Virus record (IMG/VR): IMGVR_UViG_3300020112_000447
Coordinates: 1 to 43,223 of that record
DNA: 43,223 nt
Reading direction: 5' to 3' (one strand)
Source: a virus
The notes under the pieces were generated by a model. It did not search any database and had not been told where the DNA came from. It saw only the letters and a list, made by a program, of their open reading frames with translations. A program made the translations under genes and the position numbers. This document shows positions 34,396 through 41,108 of the stretch, piece by piece (within the stretch, counting starts at the first letter, position 1; each line of letters starts with the position of its first letter).

Positions 34396-34620
34396 CTAAG
34401 CTACAACATGCTCTGCTGAGATAAACTCGCCATCTTTCGAGATTACTTCTTTACCTTCAGCTAAGAAGTATTTATTCAATCCGAACCTTGCGGTGTTTCC
34501 AAATTCATCAGCCACAGTGATGAACTTAGCAGTTCTTTTTGTAACCAGGTAGATGACACTTAAATCTGCGTCACCTATAAATCTTGAATAATACTTCTTT
34601 CCAATTTCAAATGCTATCAT
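34396..34620 (-). CDS. Hypothetical protein (74 aa)
   Basis: AAAGGTGATTGAT-ATG initiation region at 34620. Confidence 0.5.
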   Translation of the reverse strand: MIAFEIGKKYYSRFIGDADLSVIYLVTKRTAKFITVADEFGNTARFGLNKYFLAEGKEVISKDGEFISAEHVVA

Positions 34621-34673
34621 ATCAATCACCTTTCCCTTTCAATTGGTTGTTTATCATGATGTTATATTACAAT

Positions 34674-34754
34674 ACTTGTGCAAGTATATCAATGCACAGA
34701 ATGGACAAACTTGTGCAAGTATATTTGTGCAATATATATACTTGTTCAAGTATA
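34674..34754. promoter_or_regulatory. Operator-like repeats ACTTGTGCAAGTATA (34674, 34709), TTGTGCAAT (about 34725) and ACTTGTTCAAGTATA (34740) in a divergent intergenic region
   Basis: Read directly. Each carries the inverted repeat ACTTG-NN-CAAGT. A possible -10 TATGAT lies at 34765-34770. Confidence 0.55.
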
Positions 34755-34800
34755 TAAAATGTAGTATGATGGACTCATCAAATACAAGGAAGGTGATCAG

Positions 34801-34977
34801 ATGGGAAAAGCCACTACAAAAGCAAAGAACAAATACAATGAAGCAAATTATGACAGAATAGCCCTGGTTGTTCCTAAAGGCAAGAAGGAAGAATATAAGA
34901 AGCTTGCAGAAGCAGCAGGGAAGTCATTGAATCAATTCATTATTGAAAGAATCGAAAGAGCAGAAGATCAGGAATAA
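34801..34977 (+). CDS. Ribbon-helix-helix (CopG/Arc/MetJ-type) DNA-binding protein, 58 aa
   Basis: RBS AAGGAAGGTGA. MGKATTKAKNKYNEANYDRIALVVPKGKKEEYKKLAEAAGKSLNQFIIERIERA has a beta-strand plus two-helix pattern. Below the ORF-track cutoff. Confidence 0.65.
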   Translation: MGKATTKAKNKYNEANYDRIALVVPKGKKEEYKKLAEAAGKSLNQFIIERIERAEDQE

Positions 34978-34990
34978 CGCAATAAATCAA

Positions 34991-35022
34991 AAAAGGGCAG
35001 GGATGAAAACCTGCCCTTTTTT
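34991..35022. terminator. Bidirectional rho-independent terminator
   Basis: AAAAAA-GGGCAGG-gatgaaaa-CCTGCCC-TTTTTT. Confidence 0.75.
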
Positions 35023-35182
35023 GATAGTCCAGGATAGTCCGAGATAATCTGAGTTAACCACAAAAAAACAGAGTATAGTCCAAGATAATCCAAGATAGTC
35101 CAGGATAGTCCGAGATAGTCTAAGATAGTCCGAGTTAGCCACAAAACGCAAAGTATAGTCTAAGATAGTCCAAGATAGCCCA
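35023..35182. repeat. Array of about 14-16 helically phased 10-bp repeats, consensus (G/T)ATAGTCC(A/G)(A/G), in three runs
   Basis: Cores start at 35023, 35033, 35043, (35053), 35074, 35084, 35094, 35104, 35114, 35124, (35134), 35154, 35164 and 35174. Two related spacers GAGTTA(A/G)CCACAAAA..CA.AGTATAGTC keep the register (21- and 20-bp steps). Confidence 0.9.
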
Positions 35183-35210
35183 TGGCAGCAGGAACAAATA
35201 AAATAACAGG

Positions 35211-35816
35211 CTATTTCAAACAGGTCATTCTATTGACAGACACTTCATAAGCGGTAAGAGTTTCTGAATAATCAACATAATTCTTCACATATTCCCTGCT
35301 TTGAATTCTACCAACAAGTGATACATGCTCACCTACACCAAAGGATGAAGCAAATCTTGCATTTCTTCCCCAACATATGCAAGGGATATAGTCACTTTTT
35401 CCATATGGCCTATTTACAGCCAATGTAAGGTCTGTGATTTCCCTTCTAAGTGGAGTTTCCCTGTATGAAGGATTCTTGCATACAAAGCCATCAAGCATTA
35501 TTTCATTGATAGGTTCTTCTGCATCTGTCAGATATATTTCTGTTGCAAACACAGAAAGAAATAAATGCTTTTTCAAACCATCATCCTTGTTGTAAGAACG
35601 AAATTGACCTTCTATGTAAACATTTTCATTTTTATAATCTTTTGTAACATCAAATAATTTGTCGGACACAAGCACCTGGATTCTGTCCTTCGTGCCACTT
35701 GCCCTTTGTGTTTCTACAAATACAAGGTAAAACTTATCATCTAAGGTTTCATGATTAAATGTAAAATCAGATGTTATTCTCCCAAGGATTTGTACTTGAT
35801 TATTTTCTATCTTCAT
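35211..35816 (-). CDS. Double OB-fold SSB-like protein
   Basis: Two tandem halves, each with an SSB-like pattern (NQVQILGRI...RASGTKDRIQVLV...VYIEGQFRSYN and NEIMLDGFV...DYIPCICWGRNA...VSLVGRIQSREY...YEVSV). Confidence 0.55.
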   Translation of the reverse strand: MKIENNQVQILGRITSDFTFNHETLDDKFYLVFVETQRASGTKDRIQVLVSDKLFDVTKDYKNENVYIEGQFRSYNKDDGLKKHLFLSVFATEIYLTDAEEPINEIMLDGFVCKNPSYRETPLRREITDLTLAVNRPYGKSDYIPCICWGRNARFASSFGVGEHVSLVGRIQSREYVKNYVDYSETLTAYEVSVNRMTCLK

Positions 35817-36011
35817 TTATTCTCTCCTTTCTCTTGAAGATAGGCAAATGTTATCACCATAAAATGCAACTGTCAGTATCTGCCAATATGCCAATTTTTC
35901 CAAATTGTAAGTAAAATATTACATCCTAAAAATAGGAAAATAATGGTAGAAAAAAATTACGTTATAGTATAAGATTTTGGGTAAGAATTTTTCTTGAATA
36001 TGGGGGGTTAT

Positions 36012-36611
36012 ATGGAAGAGAGAAGATCAGAAAGGGCAGCAAGGTTTGCACAGATTTTTTCAAGGTCAAGATATGATGCAGGAAAGTCACAGGAATTCAT
36101 GGCTGCTGAATTAGGGGTATCAAAAAAGACAGTTCAAAATTGGGAGAAAGGGATAAGTTCGCCTTCCTTTTTTCAGGGTTCAGAATGGTTTCATGCATTA
36201 GGATTAAATCCTATGCCTTACTATTTGGCATTTGTATATCCTGACATGAATGGGATGCAAGGGAGTTCAACTGATGATAAGATTGTGGAAGCTTTGAATT
36301 CCATCATCAAGCAGATGTCAATCACAGACAAAAGAGCATTATTGTATCTTTTGTTTGGGAATCATGGTAGTTCATCAAAAATGGTTCTTCAAATGCTTCT
36401 TGCACACTTACATACACCAATGAAGGACAGGGTGGCACATGCAAGTGTGATTGCTCAAAATTATGAAATGGAAGAAAAGCTTGGGAACATAGTATGCCAG
36501 GGTAACATCATGCCTGACATGGAAGCATTGAATAAAGCAATTGCAGAAGGAAAAAGGTCAGTAATGGAAAATAAATATGGATATAGCGGTGTGGAATATA
36601 AAAAAGAATAG
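36012..36611 (+). CDS. XRE-family HTH regulator with uncharacterised C-terminal domain
   Basis: KSQEFMAAELGVSKKTVQNWEKGISSPS helix-turn-helix. ATG 36012 after GGGGGG is preferred over TTG 35994. Confidence 0.65.
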   Translation: MEERRSERAARFAQIFSRSRYDAGKSQEFMAAELGVSKKTVQNWEKGISSPSFFQGSEWFHALGLNPMPYYLAFVYPDMNGMQGSSTDDKIVEALNSIIKQMSITDKRALLYLLFGNHGSSSKMVLQMLLAHLHTPMKDRVAHASVIAQNYEMEEKLGNIVCQGNIMPDMEALNKAIAEGKRSVMENKYGYSGVEYKKE

Positions 36612-36628
36612 CCACATTGCTGTGGCTA
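36609..36628. terminator. Hairpin spanning both stop codons of convergent genes
   Basis: TAGCCACA-ttgc-TGTGGCTA. A U-run is available only for the minus-strand transcript. Confidence 0.4.
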
Positions 36629-36862
36629 CATAGTACCTATGATTTTGATTCCTTTTTTTAATCTTTTTTCAACATGCCTTCGTGCAGTTCCACCAAGGGC
36701 TGAATCAATGGCATTCTTTGCATGGTCTTGTGAAGCATAGATATTATTATCACCTTCAATGCCAAGGATCCATCCACTTTCATACCTTGTGATGGTGACA
36801 TTTCTATATTTTGCAGGTGGGCAAGGTTTCCCATTGTTATCTTTCCATGTTATTCTAATCAT
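36626..36862 (-). CDS. Hypothetical protein (78 aa)
   Basis: AAAGGGGATTATTT-ATG at 36862. The tracked start at 36979 would run back into the xth fragment. Confidence 0.45.
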   Translation of the reverse strand: MIRITWKDNNGKPCPPAKYRNVTITRYESGWILGIEGDNNIYASQDHAKNAIDSALGGTARRHVEKRLKKGIKIIGTM

Positions 36863-36883
36863 AAATAATCCCCTTTCAGGATA

Positions 36884-36931
36884 ATATCTATGATAGATGT
36901 GCTGTAAAAGAAGCACATCCATCATCAATAT
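36884..36931. other. 48-bp imperfect inverted repeat; candidate attP core
   Basis: Arms 36884-36903 and 36912-36931 match at 17 of 20 positions (perfect core GATGTGCT / AGCACATC) around an 8-bp centre gtaaaaga. Sits exactly at the 5' edge of the xth homology and near the serine integrase. Confidence 0.3.
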
Positions 36932-37278
36932 CAAAGCCAATAATAATATGCGGTGATTTAAATGTTGCAGCAACCGCATTAGATATCAAAAATCCAAAAG
37001 CCAACGAAAGGAACGCAGGCTATACAATTGAAGAACGAGAGAAGTTCCAGGCTTTACTTGATGCAGGCTTTGTTGATTCCTTCAGATATTTGCATCCTGA
37101 TGAAGTAAAATATTCTTGGTGGTCTTATCGTTTCAAGGCAAGAGAGAGAAACGCAGGGTGGAGAATAGATTACTTCCTTACATCAGAATCTGCAAAGGAC
37201 AGGATAAAAGCTGCTGATATTCATACTGAAATATTAGGCTCAGACCACTGTCCTGTATCATTGCAGATAGATATCTAA
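36931..37278 (+). pseudogene. xth: 3' fragment (about 115 codons) of an exodeoxyribonuclease III (xth/exoA) gene
   Basis: SKPIIICGDLNVA..LDIKNPKANERNAGYT.EERE.F..LLDAGFVDSFRYLHPD...YSWWSYRFKARERNAGWRIDYFL.S......I.......GSDHCPV matches the C-terminal half of ExoIII/ExoA. No N-terminal half is present, and in-frame stops lie at 36856 and 36862. Confidence 0.85.
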
Positions 37279-38787
37279 ATTGAATTCATCATTGTTGGTT
37301 CTGCTAAATTCAATTCTATCAATGAATAGTTTCAAGAAGTCATTCTTTGCCTGGGCATCAATGGAATCATCCTTCAGCATTTCAAGAGCATCAGACAGGA
37401 ACATAATCTTTTCTTCATATTCTGTCTTTTCAGGGATAGAATATTCAAGTTCCTGCAACTGAGATTGAATGGCTTCTAATCTTTCATTGTGCTTTGATTT
37501 TCGTGATACAAATTCATTTGGTGTATAGATGCCTTCTTCGTAATCGTCAAAGATTTTGGAAAGCTTCTTCTCAATGGATTTCTTTTCTTTTTCAAGAACC
37601 TGAATCTGCATTGCAATATCATCTTCATTCACAATGGATTGATTATCAATCTTCATTTCATAATCTTCCAGGTACAACTTCAGACCATGAACAAAGGCAT
37701 CCATTACATCAGACATAAATGCAGACTTTACTTTGCACAATTGTGATTGCCTATGAAGGATTCTCGGAGCAACATTTGTCTTGTGCTTATAGCCTGCATA
37801 CACCATAGCCTTCTGACACTTGGCACACACTATAAGTCCTGCAAGTGGATTCTGCAAGGATTCCCCTGATTTGGTTTTATCATGCTTAAAGTTCTTCTGT
37901 GCTTCCTGCCACAATTCATCAGATACAATAGCTTTATGAAGGCCGTCATATTCCATGTAGTGCCTTGTGTGATTGGAACGTGGCCTTGATTTCACCAATT
38001 GACCATTAGTCATAGATTTAACAACCATCCTGTCATTCCATCTTACCTTACCTTTGTAGGTTGGATTGGTTAGGATGGTTTTTATTGTTGCAAGACTCCA
38101 TTCAGGGTCACCTGAATATGTTGGAACATGAAGGTCGGTAAGCTTTCGTGCAATTTCCCCAGGTGTCATATTCTTATCAACTGTCCATTCAAAGATATTC
38201 TTCACAATTGCTGCTTCTTCAGGGTGAAGTTCAAGGGTCCTGTATACTTTGGTTTTTAAGATATTATAGCCATAAGGCCTATATGAACCCATGAACTGTC
38301 CTTCAACAACAGCCTGCCTTCTTCCTCTTTCCAATCTCTTCTGAATGGTCTTATATTCCCTTCTTGACATAAACAGAACGAATTCCATGTATTCTTCATC
38401 ATCAGGATTGTGGGCAACATCATAAGTTTTTGTTGGAGTAACAACAAGCAGACCTTCACGATTATTTGAATATTTCAGACAATCCATGATAGTTTGCATG
38501 TCTGCCTGGTTTCCCCTGGATAATCGGTCGACATCAATGATAATGATTCCTTTGTATTTTCCTTCATAGCACTCACTGATAACTTTTTGAATTTCAGGCC
38601 TTGCAGCAATGGTTTCACCTGATACAAGTTCCTTGTAAGTCTTGCCAACAAATAAGCCCTGCCTTGCAGCAAGGTTTGTCAGAATTTCTTCGTGCCTTTT
38701 CAAGGTTTCCATTTCCCCAAGCTTTTCTGCTTCCACATCAGCCCTTGATTTTCTAAGATACATAACATATACATCTTGTTTGGTCAT
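37258..38787 (-). CDS. int: Large serine recombinase (integrase)
   Basis: N-terminal resolvase domain (VYVMYLRKSRAD...IIIIDVDRLSRG), recombinase domain, Cys-rich zinc ribbon (CAKCQKAM), coiled coil. ATG 38787 after AAGGAAGTGA. The last 21 nt overlap the xth fragment's 3' end. Confidence 0.9.
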   Translation of the reverse strand: MTKQDVYVMYLRKSRADVEAEKLGEMETLKRHEEILTNLAARQGLFVGKTYKELVSGETIAARPEIQKVISECYEGKYKGIIIIDVDRLSRGNQADMQTIMDCLKYSNNREGLLVVTPTKTYDVAHNPDDEEYMEFVLFMSRREYKTIQKRLERGRRQAVVEGQFMGSYRPYGYNILKTKVYRTLELHPEEAAIVKNIFEWTVDKNMTPGEIARKLTDLHVPTYSGDPEWSLATIKTILTNPTYKGKVRWNDRMVVKSMTNGQLVKSRPRSNHTRHYMEYDGLHKAIVSDELWQEAQKNFKHDKTKSGESLQNPLAGLIVCAKCQKAMVYAGYKHKTNVAPRILHRQSQLCKVKSAFMSDVMDAFVHGLKLYLEDYEMKIDNQSIVNEDDIAMQIQVLEKEKKSIEKKLSKIFDDYEEGIYTPNEFVSRKSKHNERLEAIQSQLQELEYSIPEKTEYEEKIMFLSDALEMLKDDSIDAQAKNDFLKLFIDRIEFSRTNNDEFNLDIYLQ

Positions 38788-38801
38788 GGTGTTCACTTCC
38801 T

Positions 38802-39173
38802 TTACTTGCGTTTGCTTTTGACATACTTTGCATATTCATATACTTCATTCATTTCAGCATCAGTTAATTGTAATTCTCCGAATTCTTCCATGAACAACTT
38901 TAGTTTAGATTCTAATCTATCATTATATACATTTTTATCTGTTTCGATTTCAGCAACTGCATCAATCTGTTCCTGCTCCCATCCCATAAGATATGCAGGT
39001 GTTGTTTCGAGTGCTTCTGCAATTGGTTCTAGTATATCCAATGGAAGATTCTCGATATCACCTTTTTCATATCTGTAAATGGTAGATCGATCCTTGCCAA
39101 GTTTCCTTGCCAATTCTTCAGCACTCATCTTTAATTCTTTTCTTCTTTCTTTCATTCGTAAGCCAATCTTCAT
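38802..39173 (-). CDS. CI-like XRE-family repressor (no S24 peptidase domain)
   Basis: MSAEELARKLGKDRSTIYRYEKGDIENLP helix-turn-helix. Divergent from the cro-like gene. Lies 14 bp upstream of int on the same strand. Confidence 0.8.
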   Translation of the reverse strand: MKIGLRMKERRKELKMSAEELARKLGKDRSTIYRYEKGDIENLPLDILEPIAEALETTPAYLMGWEQEQIDAVAEIETDKNVYNDRLESKLKLFMEEFGELQLTDAEMNEVYEYAKYVKSKRK

Positions 39174-39196
39174 ATAATCACACTCCTTCAAAATGC

Positions 39197-39225
39197 ATTA
39201 TACAATCAATGTCGCAAATATGCAA
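39197..39225 (-). promoter_or_regulatory. Repressor-gene promoter: TTGCAT-N17-TATAAT (minus strand)
   Basis: -35 at 39225-39220 and -10 at 39202-39197. Overlaps operator copy A. Confidence 0.65.
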
Positions 39226-39328
39226 CTTGTATTTATAGTGGAGAATAAAAAAGTCGCACAATATGCGAAAAAAGTATTGACATTAAAATCCATTAGAGTT
39301 ACTATTTCAGTGTCGCACGATATGCGAC
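39211..39328. promoter_or_regulatory. Three operator copies of GTCGCA(C/A)(G/A)ATATGCGA(C): 39211-39226, 39253-39268, 39312-39328
   Basis: Read directly. The copy at 39312 is a perfect palindrome GTCGCA-cgata-TGCGAC. Confidence 0.75.
39277..39305 (+). promoter_or_regulatory. Early rightward promoter TTGACA-N17-TACTAT
   Basis: -35 at 39277-39282 and -10 at 39300-39305. Lies between operator copies B and C, upstream of the cro-like gene. Confidence 0.65.
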
Positions 39329-39353
39329 AATTCAAAGGAAAGGAAGTGAGAAA

Positions 39354-39587
39354 ATGAACATCAGCAAATTAAAAGGGAAGATTGTTGAAAAGGATTTGAA
39401 TATTGAAAAATTAGCAGAAATCATAGGAATTAACAGGGCATCCCTTTATAGAAAAATGTCAAATGCTGAGAAGATCACCTGCGGAGAAGCATCCAAAATT
39501 GCGGATGCACTTGAACTGAGTGATGAAGAAGCAATTGATATTTTTTTATCCAAAAAGTCGCACGATATGCGATTTATGGAAAATTAA
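39354..39587 (+). CDS. Cro/antirepressor-like HTH protein
   Basis: NIEKLAEIIGINRASLYRKMSN helix-turn-helix. It is the first gene of the rightward operon. Confidence 0.7.
   Translation: MNISKLKGKIVEKDLNIEKLAEIIGINRASLYRKMSNAEKITCGEASKIADALELSDEEAIDIFLSKKSHDMRFMEN
39557..39573. promoter_or_regulatory. Fourth operator copy GTCGCACGATATGCGAT inside the 3' end of the cro-like gene
   Basis: Identical to the 39312 copy except for the last base. Lies about 245 bp from it. Confidence 0.6.
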
Positions 39588-39649
39588 GCAGCAATTAACA
39601 ATGGCTATTTATGTGAAGTTCTTCACATAAGGCAGAAAGGGGCAAGCCT

Positions 39650-39796
39650 ATGCAGGAAATCAAATACAACAATGCAACTGTCAGGATTCATGGAACAGCT
39701 GACAATGACAAGATCAGGAAAGCAGCAACCGATTTCCTGAAGAAGGTGGAATTCCAAAGAAGAAAGGCGGTGAAGAAATATGAAAAAGCTGTTTGA
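39650..39796 (+). CDS. Hypothetical small protein (48 aa)
   Basis: RBS AGAAAGGGG. Sequence MQEIKYNNATVRIHGTADNDKIRKAATDFLKKVEFQRRK. Confidence 0.4.
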   Translation: MQEIKYNNATVRIHGTADNDKIRKAATDFLKKVEFQRRKAVKKYEKAV

Positions 39797-39950
39797 TGTA
39801 TTGGCTGTAATAAGTGCAATCTTACTGTTCACATTCATGATGGCACTTGATTCACCAAGCAACATACCAATCATCACCTGCTTAATAACAAGCCTATACT
39901 TAGCAATTTATGTAAAGGGGGTGATTAAACATGACATGGTCAATAAGTGA
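39780..39950 (+). CDS. Small two-TM membrane protein (56 aa)
   Basis: MKKLFDVLAVISAILLFTFMMALDSPSNIPIITCLITSLYLAIYV. Confidence 0.4.
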   Translation: MKKLFDVLAVISAILLFTFMMALDSPSNIPIITCLITSLYLAIYVKGVIKHDMVNK

Positions 39951-40137
39951 TGATCCATATGCAGACTTTGACAAATGGGATGCAGAACAGTGGGAAGAAC
40001 TACAAAGATTACCGATATGTGCAAGATGCAAAGAACGTATCCAAGACGAGTACTTATACGATGTAGAAGGCAGAATCCTGTGTCAGACCTGCATGGAAAA
40101 GGAGTACGAAAAATCGGTAGAAGATTACATGGAATAA
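39931..40137 (+). CDS. Small zinc-ribbon-like protein
   Basis: Cys pairs CARC...CQTC. RBS AAGGGGGTGA. Confidence 0.45.
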   Translation: MTWSISDDPYADFDKWDAEQWEELQRLPICARCKERIQDEYLYDVEGRILCQTCMEKEYEKSVEDYME

Positions 40138-40151
40138 GAGAAAGGAGAAGC

Positions 40152-41108
40152 ATGAAAGTATTAAGTTTATGTGATGGAATGTCATGTGGGCATATTGCTC
40201 TTGATAAGGCAGGTATTGAAGTAACACAGTATTTTGCAGCGGAAATCAAGGAAATAGGCATCCAGGTCACGAAACACAATTATCCAAATACTATCCATAT
40301 CGGTGATGTAAATAAAATCTCATTCAAAGACGGAATATTGTACACCGAAAAAGGGGAGTTCAATGTTGGACATATTGATTTGGTCATGTTTGGAAGCCCA
40401 TGTCAGACATTTTCAATTGCAATACCAACAAATCAAAGGGTTGGATTAGAAAATCTTGAAAAATCAGGACTTTTTTATCAATGCAACAGAATATTGCAGG
40501 AAACAAATCCAACATTTTTCTTGATGGAAAATGTCGAGAGTATGAAGAACTCAGATAGAGATGCAATAAGTTCAATGATTGGTGTTGAACCTATTATGAT
40601 TGATGGTCAGTTAGTAGGCCCTGCACTAAGGAAAAGATACTTCTGGACAAACATCCCAAATGTTGAACAACCAAATGATAGCCATATCTTATTACAGGAT
40701 ATTTTGGAAGATGGATATACAGACAGAAAGAAAGCAAGATGCCTGGCGGTTATTGATAGCAGGCCAAACACAACTCCAATAAAAATGTTTCATAGATATT
40801 ATTCAACAGAATTTACAACATTGATTTTCAAATCTAAAGAACACTATGAAACTTGCAAACAATACTATGACAGCCATTACAAAGGTATTCCTGCAAAATT
40901 CATTACGGATCCGCCTGCATTGTTTGATGGTGTCAGATATATGAATCAAACAGAATTGGAAAGGTGTCAACGAGTTCCTGAAGGATATACAAGGTGCTTG
41001 ACAAGAAATGATGCAGCCGATGTCTTGGGTGATGGATGGAATGTAGATGTTATTGCTCACATATTCACATACTTACCTGATGAATATAAGAAAAGGAAAA
41101 ACGAATGA
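40152..41108 (+). CDS. DNA (cytosine-5) methyltransferase
   Basis: Motif I LSLCDGMSCG, motif IV GSPCQTFS, motif VI ENV. ATG 40152 after AAAGGAGAAG. The tracked 39975 start is an unsupported extension. Confidence 0.85.
   Translation: MKVLSLCDGMSCGHIALDKAGIEVTQYFAAEIKEIGIQVTKHNYPNTIHIGDVNKISFKDGILYTEKGEFNVGHIDLVMFGSPCQTFSIAIPTNQRVGLENLEKSGLFYQCNRILQETNPTFFLMENVESMKNSDRDAISSMIGVEPIMIDGQLVGPALRKRYFWTNIPNVEQPNDSHILLQDILEDGYTDRKKARCLAVIDSRPNTTPIKMFHRYYSTEFTTLIFKSKEHYETCKQYYDSHYKGIPAKFITDPPALFDGVRYMNQTELERCQRVPEGYTRCLTRNDAADVLGDGWNVDVIAHIFTYLPDEYKKRKNE

Noticed and set aside
35023-35182. Repeat array considered as a CRISPR array
   Set aside because: The period is only 10 bp with no unique spacers, and no cas genes or leader are present. 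It is a contiguous iteron-type array.
39609-39630. 10-bp-arm palindrome TTATGTGAAG-tt-CTTCACATAA after the cro-like gene as a terminator
   Set aside because: No T-run follows it and the loop is minimal. It may be a protein-binding site or an RNA hairpin, but nothing supports an intrinsic terminator call.
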